A DNA stretch of 64,000 nt from Lobosporangium transversale (lineage: Eukaryota), in NCBI RefSeq assembly GCF_002105155.1, contig NW_019028989.1, forward strand, positions 372,001-436,000, given 5' to 3'. Of the stretch, positions 22,759 to 35,976 are shown piece after piece; the first letter of the stretch is position 1; every line of letters starts with the position of its first letter. The notes beneath the pieces were generated by a model. The model was not told the origin of the DNA and searched no databases. It saw only the letters and a list, made by a program, of their open reading frames with translations. The position numbers and the translations under genes were made by a program.

Positions 22759-25700
22759 ATTATATTCGTCGTTCATACTAAACCAAGTCGACCCATCCAC
22801 TGTAAAGGGTGATGACGACAATCCCACGCGCGGCTCTGCCATGAAATCGAAACCATCGGATTGACCTGATAAGCGGCTGAACGAATCTCGCCTATCAAGA
22901 GAATAAATAAATAAATAACTCTTCATGTAGTAGAGGGATTGATCTTCATTCAAAGGAAAAAAAAAAAACATACTCGTATAAGTCCCACCCGTTTGAATCA
23001 TTGGAGTTGGTAGAAAGCATTGTGTTGATAGAGTAACCACTCATCATGATAGGCGAGACATCATCATCGGTATGATGGTGACCTTTTGAAAAATCGACCA
23101 CGGGTGAGGATAGGAACGAAGATCGTCCGCTGGGCGAAGTTGATGTCAACAGTGGTGACGTGTCTGGACCTTGATCCTGACGGAAGCTACGTTCGTTTCC
23201 AATTGAAGTATCAATCACAATCCGTGGGACTTCTGGTCGCAATCTTGCATTTTGTTTTGCCCGACGTTGCTTCAAAAAGCTTCGGCGCGCCACAATTGTC
23301 AATAACAGATTGTGAATTGTCTCTCGAGCCACTGCAGACTTGACTACTTTGACGCGCTCATTTCTTTTCAAGAACTCATTCATTCTATCAACAACATCAG
23401 GGTTAGTTATAGGTTCCTCCCCTCTTCCAGAATTTACACTATACATTATATACAATGTAGCAAAACGCTTTTCATGTTTACCCAAGAGCATGTTCTGTGT
23501 CTACAAGTGTGAACGACAGAATATCCAGAATGCTGTAAAATGATATTCCTCGATCCGTGCAGGTAGCTAAAGCCTCTTTGTAAATGAGGTTAAAGTTTTT
23601 TCGACGTCGGAACACATCAATAGTATCGATCTTTGAGAGGATCTGCTGCAACCCTGAAATATCCAATTTTGCATCCATTTTAGTAGGCTTTACGCCTAAC
23701 TCATCGCTTTCTTCTGGACCTGTGGTAGTGTTAGGGACAGCTTTCGGTAAAGGACTAGCAGCTTGCTGACCGGGGCTGTTTGAAGTCATGTTCGGACTCA
23801 CGGACAATCGACTCATTCGACGGACGGCTCCAAGACCTCTGACCGATCGATGTGATGCAGATCCATTGTTAATAGATGGAGAGGAAGATACAATGGGGTT
23901 TGCATTACCCTCTATAGTTGTAGAGGGACGCGGTACAGAGGCGGTCGGGATGGACACGTACAGTTTGACTAGACTAGGGATGCTGTACTCTGGCTTGGCA
24001 TAAACTCTAGTGCAGAAACGGCCCTCTAATGACCGTAGGAACTTTGATAGATCATTCACGTCAATATATCCTGTTCCTCTTGGATCAAATCTTGCCCAAG
24101 TCATCTTGAAGTTTCTAAGATCCTCGCGAGTGATCAAGGTAGTCACTGAGTCCTGTTGATATGCGAACGAGAAATTGCTGATAATGACGGCAATAAACAT
24201 GTTGAGCAGGATGTACGTGCAGACAACGTAAAATGAAAGGAACATAAAGAATGCCCAGGGCCGAGAGCCGCAATCACTATCTAGATACGACGTCCGGATC
24301 GGGGTGCAATAGGGCGGCTCGACCATCATGTCGTGCATGACAAAATCCCAATTTTCCCCTGTTGTCATACGGATTAACATCAGCATTGTATTCCCAAACG
24401 AATCAAAATTGGCAATGCCTGTTGTTGAAGGACCGAGACGTGTCATTCCAAAAAGTTCTCGGAACATGATCGCATAGACAGTGAAGACAACCATGAATAC
24501 AGCAGTGATATTGAGAATTGAGCCCAGCGCGATTCTTTTTTTTTTTTTTTTTTTTTTTTGAAATCAAAGTCAATTATTGGTTAGATATTATTCATAAACT
24601 GCAAAGAATTGTTTCGCTCCATAACAGCTTTCGGCTTACACTAGCGCTCGAAAGAGAACTTGCAGAGAGTCAACTCTCTGAGCGAGACGGAAGGAGATGG
24701 TAATCAAAAGGAAATTTTCTAGCCTCAAGGTCCATAGCTATTAAGAGAGAAAAGTGAAGTTGGTGCCATCAATTTACATGTATAAATCGATACATATAAA
24801 AAGAGATAAAAGTATGTAGAGTTGGCAAACCTCATGTCCGATAAACCTTGGGGCCAGAGTGATCAGAGCCAAGGCTGTAATAGCAAGGTCATAAAGGTTC
24901 CAGCGAGAGAGCCTCCACTAGTATATAGAAATGCGATAAGTACCAAAAAAAAAAAAAAAAAAAAAAAAAAAAGTGGTCCATGAACTAATGCGATGAAAAA
25001 ACTAACCTTGTGAAAACCATAGCCAAGTAACTTGATAACGATCTCGACGGAATAAAGACCCAAGAAGGCGAAATACGATACATCTATTAGTGCAGCTATG
25101 TGTTATTATATTTTTGAAAAGCTCCAACTCTAAATATGAACGGACAAATGCATTGTCGCTTCAAATACCTTGTATGTCTGTCAAAGTCTGAGGCTGTGCG
25201 TAGTGTTGCGAGGCAATTAGGCAGACGTTAAGAGCAAGAACTGTCGTCATGATTTTCCAAAGGAAACCCTTTTTCTCATTCACCAAGTCATAGCAGAATG
25301 CTCTAATGGGGTTTTGAGGCCTTATAGGCGTAGCGGTGGGCCTGATCATTCGAAGCTGCCTTCGAAGATCAAGCCAACGACGTTGCTCTACCGTCAATAG
25401 TGAAATACCATTCCAAGCCTTAAATGTTTCCAATATAACACCGATAAATATCTGCACAAAGACAATAGAGCCGATTAACATGAAAAGCAAAAAGTAAAAA
25501 GAGTTGAAGCGGTTGGGTTCATCCGGTTGGATGAAAGGTTGCTGCCCTATGCGATTGGGGGCAGCACGACCGGACTGTAGGACCTGGACCCACCCTTCTT
25601 GTGAGGCCATCTCAAACAACGTTAAGACGGCAGCCTGGATCGAGTCAAAACTATAGTCATACGGATTACTCCATATGCGCGGAAGCAAGATTTCGTCGTC

Positions 25701-28532
25701 GGTATCTTCATTGACCACACTCATGAATTCCCCAACACATTCAGACTTAGTCAGCACACCATGATCATTGCACAAGTAAAAGTATCCTGCGTAAATATTG
25801 ACGCCATAAATCGCAAACGGCCAAAATAGCAGTGCTGTCATGAGTAGGGCGACAACCATCTTCGGCAATGCCTTGGCAATGGCCTTAAACATTGCAGAGA
25901 CGCCTTCAAAATACCGTACAATACGCAGCACACGCAGACATGAGGCTGCTCGAACAGTACGCGAGACATTGTACAAGTGATCGATATGTGTGAAAGTCAT
26001 GAAACAGCTCATGAGAACAATAAATAAATCTGTACAATTCCAAAGGTCGCGTAGATAAGCTGTTGGTGTGAAGAAAAAGCCATCAGCGAGAATCCTGAGG
26101 GACTGCTCGACTACAAATATGATAGTGATCACATAATCAATGTCTCCAAGGATGTCTTGTTTCTTCGTATCGCCCGTTGTCATCGCTAGGAGCCTGTCGA
26201 TAGGGTCGTCTGCAATAATGATCGCGATGCTCGATAGAATGCAAATAAAAATGAACCAATTGAATCGATTCATTCTCGCTAACTTTCGATCAGAGCGCGG
26301 GCCAACAACACGGTGACACCACTGTCTGAAGCGATTATTGCTTGGGAATATAAACAGCGATCGATCATACAACGGATGAGCCTCCAGGAACTCTTGTAGT
26401 TCTGCGTAGTGGACATCTGCATAAGCTTTCTCCCTATCCTTAGCTTTACGGTATCCCTCTGGCGTGAGTGTCTCCAAAGCCCTAAATATGACAACAGCGC
26501 GTTAATGCATGACAAGGACCATCGATAGCTAGACATAAAGTTTAAAAAACTGACAAACAATAACCGTACTGAGGATCTTCGAAAAATCTATCTCTGTCCC
26601 AAGTAATTTTCTCGAGGTCAGCATCAAGGCGCTCCAAGTTGGCGTCGATTTCATCCTGTACCTTGCCAAAGCCAGAGATACCACCATTTAGTTGATTCAA
26701 CTGTGCTTTCTGGCCCTTTGACAACAATTTTCTACCGTTCACCTCTTCAAGCTGAGCTTGAGTAGGAAACCAATAGTCGCGTATTCCCTCCAGCCATAAA
26801 ATAAGCCTAGGCTTCGATTCAATGATTTCAGTAGTGACCTGAATATATATAAATTATATAATGTGAGTTTAAATAGATAACCTTTTTGCCCATCATGTAT
26901 TGAACACCAAAAGCAGTCTATAGCAAGGCTACTTACAGGCGCTGTATCGCCCTCAAGAAACTGTCGGAACACGTTCTTCCGAATTGATACGGTTTGGTCC
27001 ACTGATAAGCCATTAACAGAGAGTGTTTGTGGCCGTGCAGGGAGGTACGCGTAAGGATTAAGATATCTATTAGGCCAAGTGGAATAATCAATACCATATA
27101 TTTGTATTTGGAGCGAACAACATTCATAACAATAAATATTGCAAAACAAAAGACAGGTAATTGAACTCAAAATATACTTACTGGAAGACGCTTCTCGTGC
27201 GATCTATCTTTGCTTTTTGATGTGTTTCAAAATATATCTCTAGTTGCTTCTTGTACTTTTCATCTTCGTCCAGATCAAAGTGCTCCAGCACGATAGCAAT
27301 GAAAAGGTTCAAAAGGACATCTGAATGAGAACAAAAGAAAATAATCGTAATCAAGGTAATCAGGTCAGCGGGATTTGACTGTAACGCTGATGGCTATAGA
27401 TAGCTTTGTGCAACTCAATAGTTACTTACAGTGCGAAGCGCAGTAATACACAACGAAGAAGATAACGCCGTAAATCTGCTTGTAAGTTTCTTGATGGGCA
27501 TCTAATCCTTCATACATGATTTCGACCCAGTTCTCGCCTGTCAAAATCTTTTTCAAGTTCGAAGTTCAAAAACTTGTTATTGACTACCCACTTGGAACCC
27601 ATACGTTATTTCAAATAATCCAAGCACGATCCGTTGCCTTAATTTTTCCTTTAAAACGTACAATGAACAGCGATATAAAGCTTTGGCCAAGATCATCAAA
27701 ATTTACTGGCTGCTCCTCGTCTGAAACCATTTCACCTCCAAAGAGCATCATAGGTATGGGAGCGCAAACCAGCAAAAACATGAAGGTAATCAGTAGAAGA
27801 TTAAGCATCCCTGTTGCGCTTCCGATGACCGAATTCTAAAAGTAATGTTTACGGAGCATTAATAAGGCATAATAACAATGACAGTTTGAGGAGAGGCGTC
27901 TAATATGGTAAATATCATTTCGAATTCGCTTGTCTGCCAGGCTCGGTTAGTCATATAGTATTTTACCATCAAGTCACGGACACCTGGGATAGCAGGGATG
28001 AGACGATACGCTCTCAGGACTTGGAAAACAGTCAGATATCGGTGCCACTCCCAATTTTGAACCGAAGGTAAGAGGATGATCATCGTTGTGATAGCCAAGA
28101 ATAAATCAAACTTATTGGATTTGCGCTTCCAAAACTGATGCCATGTGCTATGTCCTGCGACCCGAACACAAATCTCAAGCAAGAAGAGAAATGTGAAGGC
28201 AGTCTCTGCATTATTAATCCAATCCAATGCTGCGGGCGAGCTATCATATCGCCGGAAGCACATAACAACTAGATCGAAGAAAACTAATACTGTGCCTGCA
28301 ATCGGGAACCAAGGGTCATTTACTACCCGGATGAGCCATTGCCGAAATGGAGACCGAACTTCATGGATTTGATCTTCGAATTGCCACCCTTCTTCCGTGT
28401 CAAGCAAAGTGCGTGTGCTTCTAATTTTATTTGAGAAAGCCGAGTGCCTCTTCTCTGCCCTGACAGCTCCGAACGAGTACGTGATACCAGCTAATGCATA
28501 AAAAGAGATATATCATTTTTCTTGAGCAACTA

Positions 28533-28566
<34 letters not shown>

Positions 28567-31412
28567 ATTTCAAGTTGTATTATTTCCTTACCAATGAACA
28601 GTGGGATTAGAAGAAAGCTCATAAGGAAAATTACTGCGCAAAAAAAAATGGCCGCCCATCTCGAGTCTCCATCCATCACCCAGTATTGCACGTCTGTCCA
28701 GCCTTCCATAGAGCTGATTGTAAATACAGTAAGGAGCGAAAAAAAGAAGTTGTCAAAGGAGACAAGGCCTCGACTTGGATTGTAATTGTCGAATTGCACA
28801 CAAACTTGACCTTCCGGACATATCATCCCCGAAGATCGAGGTGAGGAGTCATCACCATCACCTTGACCTACGTAATTGACAATACCTAAAATAGTCCCGT
28901 TGCTCCAATAGCCTCCACAGATTACTTCTGGCAATACGGGTGACCCTGTAATTAATAGAATATAGTCAAGAAGTTCAAAATTCAGCTTTAAACTATTCAT
29001 TTTTAGAAGTAGATGTATTAGGATATCCAGAACGTACAGCTGGTAGGATCGTCCTCATCTTGAACAGCGCAACGGCGTGATGTAGCCCCTTGGAACACGA
29101 GTAAACCGATGAGACTCAAGATCAAGAAGAAAAAGAATATGAATCCTAAGATCGTAAGCAGCAATGGAGCTGACATTGAGAGAGAATCGATGATAGTCTA
29201 CAATATAGCGATGTATAAGGAAAAGATTCCAGCCTTATTAAGGATAAATGGGCTCAGAATTTGATATTGACGAATAAAGGAAACACCAATAAGTTTCTTA
29301 CCGATGTTCCTTCTGTAAGTGAAAGCAATCGAAGCGGCCGGAGAGCACTGATAGCCTTAAAAATATATACTTTCTGGACGCCGGTCATCATGAAAGCAAA
29401 GTCTATCCAGTAGCTTATTACAACTACGCCATCCAAGCGATTATAATATGATCTAAAAAAGGGTGCATGGGCAGGTTGGGCATCAGTTTCAAAGTTAGAG
29501 CCAGATGATTCTATTTTCTCCTCTGCGGTTAGCGCTGCCGTGGCCTGATTAGTTTGAGCTTTTGATTTCTCAAGAGTTGAGGCTTGAGAGAGGACGCTGT
29601 TAGTTCTTGCCAGCGAATGTGCATGCTCATGCTTTTCAAGGACTACTGGCTTCGGTTTCATTGACGCCCGCTTTTCCGAGATGAAGAAATGATGTATCCT
29701 TTTGGGTACCCAGCGCTTCCACTGAAAGCCATTTCGGTCAAAGATAAAGCCATACACAATGGCTTTAGCCATGATCTCAAGTCTAACAATGAAAATCAGA
29801 AGAGGCTAACTTAGCAAATTTGGATGGACTCATTGCCTGAAAAGTATTAGGCACAAATAAAAAAAAACCCCCTACGTGTACAGGATATTCACTGCCAGTA
29901 GTCCGTAATGGGTCCAGTATGTGCCAAAGACGTTCTTTGCTTCAAATGTTGTTGGGGTGACCACGAAAAATATCCATTGAGCAAGGATAACTACGAGAAT
30001 AAACGGATCTGTATATCTGAGACAAAACGAAGTTGTTAAAGTAATTATTTTTGAACTCACAAGTCTTATTTTACCAGAGTCAGCACATACTTTGACATAA
30101 GAATCGAAGCCAGCCACAGCCGCACTGGATTCTCTGGAGAAAACAACATAAACGAACGTCCCTCAAGTCGCATTTTGTCCGATCCACGATGTGAAAATCC
30201 ACCCGGAGTAAATACTGATTCTTCATCTTGAGTAGATTTCCCTAGATGCGATCCAGAACCCGAGCGCGAGTTTCCTGTGGTGTGAAGTGGCCCAAGTTGA
30301 TCCTGTTGAGAGGAGTGAGCACCGAGGTTTGCGGTGCCTGCTGCTCCATGACTGCTGGAACTTCTTTTGGACGCTGATCGCCTCAAGTTTCTGATAGAGC
30401 CATGATCAGAGCCCACGCCATGTATTGATGAGGCTACTGCGACCCAAGGCGGGACGTCTGTACTGGGTTGTACAGCCTCGCTGTGGAAAGACCCACGTTG
30501 ATTTGACCGTGAATGGTCGGCCAAGTCGCTTTCAATCTGCTCTGGATGCGAGAACGATATTGAGCGCACGAGCTGTTCTTGAGCTCTTGTGTTGACAACT
30601 CTTGATGAGACGCTCGCCATGACTTCGGATATACCGCTTATCCATCCACCTGAAGAATGTTCTCCTCCACTTCCTGCACCACTGCTCCCTCCTGATGGGC
30701 CTGCTATGGAAGACCGGTTCTGGATCATAGACGATCGTCTGGAACCCACAAGCGATATGTTTGGCGATTCAGGGAAATGTACGACGCGATCTCGCATCGA
30801 GGAAGTTGAGCTTCGGGATGCTACTGAACGTGATCTTAGTTTGAGTGTCGCTGATGGATTATCGTCAATCTTGAATGAAGAGCGTCTCCGCCTAGGAAGG
30901 AGTCCTTCGTTCTCGCTCAATCTTTCAGCATCATTGAAGGATTCCTGGCTATGGTTTGGGCTGATATTTGAGAAGACGACATGATGCTGGTGATGATGCT
31001 GTTGACCAGAGTTATCTAATAAATTAAGGTGAGGCGGCGAGGAGGGTGCTATAGGACCAGGTAAAAGCTCTGGGTTATTATTGCTCCTGCTATTATCGCT
31101 GTTGCTACTGTGGTGGTTCAGGCTAGATAGTTGTGAATATTGTCCTGGTGCTTGAAGAAAGAGTCTGCTCTGACGAGGAAGAGGTGTGCTGGTTACAGCA
31201 TATGACCCTGAAGAAGAATAAAGAGGATCTTTCAGACTGCAGTGCTGCTGCTGCTGTTGCTGTAGTGAGATGGAATGTGGACTTGTAGTGTTAACAATAT
31301 TGAGTGAAGGGGGCTGGTCCGCCTCTGTGTCAACATTGTTGTCATTATTGTTTGCAGGGTCCGTTGTAGATATGGAAGTAGCAGTAGGGTCGGTTTCATG
31401 GTTCATGGACAT
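22613..31412 (-). CDS. CCH1: four-domain Ca2+ channel Cch1 (NALCN/Cch1 clade)
   Basis: About 19 GT-AG exons. Four pore loops: SSMEGWTD, LTGENWVE, ASQEGWVQ, TTGENWDF. Low-charge S4 segments (SALRPLRLL, FQVLRAYRL, SCLRVLRIVR). DCGSRPWA and an EF-hand-like FKMTWARFDPRGTGYI. The last small exon ends ...NNLSSP* (stop 22613-22615). Confidence 0.95.
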
Positions 31413-31953
31413 GCAAAGTTATGGATGCAAAAAAAGTTATGTATAAGTGATGAGGTACAATGGGGTATGTAGTATGCAGTGTGAGGAATGCAATTTGTGA
31501 ATTAAAAAGTCGGATGGACGCTTCATTACACATTCATGTCCATTAGAAATTTTATTATTCACAATTGCACACTCACGGATATATATTTTTAAGGTTACAG
31601 CATCCCTGTTTCTCTGTTTCTTTCGCCTGTGCTTACCTGTGCACATCAGCCTAGGTTTTCTTTTTTTTTTTTGCTCATTCATTTCCTTTCTTTTTTTCTT
31701 CCTTTCTTTCCTCCTCTATACTTCTCTTCAGCCAAACACTAAACACAAAAGTCTTGCTTCTCATTTCAACTCTTGCATTTATTCATTGTCTTTAAAAACT
31801 TGCTTGCTGCGCTTGTCATCCCCACACATATCCTCTGGCCCAATTTCATCTTTGGCCTTTGTCGGCAGTTATCCTGCTTCTTCTTCGTTGCAATCACCGC
31901 TATCATCAATCTTAGTAGGAAGCACTGTTTCTCAGCGCACTAAAGGTTCTATC

Positions 31954-34900
31954 ATGACAAATAATACTCTTCCTCTTTCACAGTCTTCGACAACGTTGAC
32001 AGATGATGCTCAAAGCCGCAATCAACACCTTCATACCCTTGCTGATTCAGCTTCCAATGCCTCATTGGACACATCAACTACAGCCTCGCCTACTCCCACA
32101 CAAAAACCATTTACCAATGACAATCTTCAGTCTCCAGAGATCGGGAAGTCGCAACAAAGCATGTTCTCTTCAGAAGGACATCATCCCACCTCGACTGATC
32201 CACTCTTCCTGCGTGGTCCATGGTTTAAGGATCACACCGGTCGCACCGTGACCCTTCGTGGTGTTAATCTGTCAGGTGCATCCAAGATGCCTATAGGAGG
32301 TTCTTCGCACGAGCTGGAAGGGTTTCTTGATTCAAATGGAACAAAAGTTTCATTCGTCGGTCGGCCTTTTCCTCTTGAAGATGCAGATGAGCACTTGGGC
32401 CGACTCAAGCACTGGGGGTTCAATCTTTTACGATTTATTGTTACTTGGGAGGCGATCGAGCATGCTGGACCGTAAGTCAATCCGATTATTAATTTTAGAC
32501 TGTTGGGAATGATGTTTCTTGCAGTACAGTATCATTTTTTTTGTCATGTAACATCGGTGCAGTGCAGTAGTGCAATGTTCTCGATGAGGGAATGTTTTTA
32601 AGTGAAATGAGGCAAATACAATTTTGTTGTCTGTGCCCACTAATCTATTACCAACACGGGATGACCGAAAAGTGAACGCAGCAGTTGTATTTTTCATATT
32701 TTTCACTAAAAAATTAGAACATGAACATGACTGAAACCACCACCAAAGCGCATCATTTTGAGACTCAAATTGTCAACTCGACATGCATATCTGTAGTTGT
32801 GTACAGATGCATGGGCGTCTTGTACTCCCTTTGTTGATGCAGATCAAGAGTGATAAGTGTCTAATGACTCTCTCCTAAACATGCGCACGTTGCTGTTTGT
32901 CCCTTTGAGCTGTGGAGAAAAATCAGGCCACTTTTTTTTTTTTTTTTTTTTTTTTCCTCTTACACTTGTGTTCGTCTTTGAGTCCCTTTTTTGTCTATTA
33001 CTCGTTTGATCACATCATCGGTCCTTTTTCAAGGATCAGACGATATCAATGGAATATAAAAGTCATAGATGGGGCGCGGGGGTCAGAGAGGATGATATCT
33101 AGCGCCAATTTTTTTACCATTCGAGACCTCAAACTCTAATTCTTTTTTGCTGACCATACCCGATATTTTTGTACTTTGCGATTAATAGTGGCAAATATGA
33201 TTACGACTACTTTGAGTATTTAGTTAAAGTGCTCCGCAAATGCAAACAGTATGGCTTCAAGTGCTTTATTGATCCCCATCAAGATGTGGTAGGCCCTCTT
33301 ATTCTCTGGTCCAGAATAACGCAATAGCTTATGTTTGCCAATAGTTGGTGGATGAACTAAATTGTCAATCCTTCTCTTGCTAGTGGTCTCGTTTTTCTGG
33401 AGGATCCGGGGCACCTTTGTGGACATTATACCTAGCTGGACTTGATCCCAGCTGCTTTAGCCAAACGAATGCGGCCCTTGTCCAGAACTTTTATGAAGAT
33501 CCTGTAAATTTCCCCAAAATGGTCTGGGCAACAAATTATAACAAGTTGGCCGCCGCGACCATGTTTACACTCTTCTTTGGAGGCTCAACTTTTGCACCAG
33601 ACTGCATTATCGATCAGATGAATATACAGGATTACCTTCAAACACACTACATCAAGAGCTATATGGCTCTAGCAGAATACATCACATCTCAGCATGGAAT
33701 CGAGGACGATGTGGTGATTGGATACGATACCTTGAATGAACCTTCTGCTGGATGGATTGGGATAGAAGATGTCACAAAGTTTCCGCATCATCAAGAGCTC
33801 AAAAAGGATGCCACACCAACTCCAATACAGGCCATGATGTTAGGACAAGGACTTAAGCAGACAGTTGAGTTTTGGGCTGTTACATTTTTTGGTCCAAAAA
33901 AGAAGGGAACCAAAACGATTGACCCCAAAGGAGTAACTGCTTGGCTTAATAAAGAGAAACGTGATGAAAAAGATAGAGCCTTTGGGTGGAAGCGCTCGCC
34001 TAACTATCCAAAGGCAGGCGAGTGTATCTGGGCACACCATGGTGTCTGGGATAGGTCGACACAGCAGGTGCTTGATACTGAATACTTTAGTAAAGACCCA
34101 GAGACGGGAGAAAAATATAATTTCGATGCGAGGTCCTTCTTGCCATTCTGTCGACGATACGCTCAAGCAATTCGGACGATCCATAAGGCAGCCATCATCT
34201 TTTTGGAACCTCCTGTCAACGAGATCCCACCTTCGCTTCCGCCACCACATGATGAGGATGTTGCGCATTTTGACATTACATCCCGTATTGTATATGCTCC
34301 ACATTGGTATGATGGGTTGACTCTTTTGAACAAGAAGTGGAACTTTTTTAATATCGACTATTTGGGTGTGAAACGCGGTCGGTATCCGAATTATGCATCC
34401 GCAATCAAGATTGGGGAGAAGGCTATCAAGGAGTGTTTCCGACATCAGCTTGCCTGTATCAAGGAGGAGGGTCAGTTAGCGATTGGGCCACATCCGACAC
34501 TGATTGGAGAGATTGGGATCCCATATGATATGAATGACGGCAGATCATACAAACCCAACGGCAATTATAAGGATCAGATCAAGGCAATGGATGCCAATAT
34601 GTATGCGTTGGAATCCAATCACCTCAATTTCACTCTCTGGAACTACTGCCCTGATAATAGTCACAAGTGGGGGGATCAATGGAATGGTGAAGACCTGTCT
34701 CTCTGGAGCAAAAACGACGTTAACAAGGACCCTCGCCGATTGTCCAAGAAGGGTAGTAAAAGAAGTCTTGCTAGCGAATCTTTCAGTCTTCATGATGTTG
34801 GATCAGAGAATTATATCGAAGCCCAGGACACTCCTTCGCTTACAAGGCGCCCATCGCTCGATGCTGCTGCAGCTGTTACAGGTGTGGGTAATGATGTCAA

Positions 34901-35633
34901 GTCAGTGCCCACCCATCCGAGGGTAGCAAAATTGTCATCAGCTCCTGCCTCTTCAGCAAGCTCCTCTAAATCAACCTCCTCAAGTACGTCCTCCAACCAG
35001 CCCCTGTTAGATGGCTCAAGCGATGTCTACAAGAGTGACACCAAGGTTGGCAGTGTCAACAGCTCTTTGAGCTTCGACCACGTGTCACCTGATATGGGTG
35101 GACGTGCTGTGGCGGCGTTCTGCCGACCCTTTGCTCAAAAAGTGGCCGGTATTCCTTTGGAACTGTCATTTTCACTAAGTACAGTAACATTTAAGTTCTC
35201 ATTCAAGCCGATGCGTCATGCAGAGACTGAGAGCGCGCTGTCCAATCCTTTAAATTCACCCAAGCCTGGAAAGATTCATGAACCCACAGAGATTTATCTC
35301 CCTCGTATCCATTTTCCATGTGCTGATGAGTATTTGAATTCGTTGAGAGACGATGCAAGGTCGGTGGTATTGGACAGAAAAGATGCTGCTTGCTCAGTAA
35401 CTGTCTCTGGTGGGCGCTGGAAATGGAACGATGGAGAGCAGATATTGCTTTGGTGGATGGATGACGACGACAAAGACGATGGTAGCAAAGATATCAAACC
35501 CCATGAACCAAGTAAGGATGATGGTATTTACGAAATCACAGTAGTTGGTAAGAAATGGGCTGGAAATTCCTTGGATAGGCCGAGGAACGGCGGTTTCTGG
35601 AACTCGCTCAGCCAATGCTGTAGAATCTCTTAG
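31954..35633 (+). CDS. GH5 endoglycoceramidase-related protein (glucosylceramidase / sterylglucosidase, EGCrP/Egh1-like)
   Basis: Three exons. FKDHTGRTVTLRGVNLSG, LLRFIVTWEAIEHAGP, FIDPHQDVWSRFSGGSGAP, catalytic acid/base GYDTLNEP, YAPHWYDG, nucleophile LIGEIGIP, WNYCPDN...WNGEDLS. Confidence 0.93.
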
Positions 35634-35976
35634 AGTATATGTCTAGCGCACTGATTTCCTTTTTAGTAACGGGAAAAAAAAGCAATGAAGAAAAAAAAAA
35701 CGCAACTAGTTCTTCGGTATACCATGTAAAATAACTAAAAAAAAAAATACTACGTCCGTTATAACTAAGATATATTTAAATAAGAGTGGAGTTTTGTGTA
35801 TTTCATTCATTTAAATGATAGTTCTATAAATTTTTCATCTTCCTAGTCAGCGCATCCTTCTACTATTCTCGCCAGTAAGAGAATTTAGAGAGCGGCATCG
35901 ATTGTCGTTGATGGTTGTCATGCTTATTTATTCTCTTTTTTTTTTTTTTTTTTTTTTTACTTCTTCGCCGTTTATT

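Noticed and set aside
23385..23491. Apparent frameshift between CCH1 ORFs 23478-24494 and 22946-23491
   Set aside because: It is explained by a normal intron (GTAAAC...CTAAC...GATAG) that restores the frame (ALG-MNEFLKR).
29199..29301. TCCTTAAT (U12-like branch sequence) in a CCH1 intron
   Set aside because: The donor is GTAAGA, a standard U2 site.
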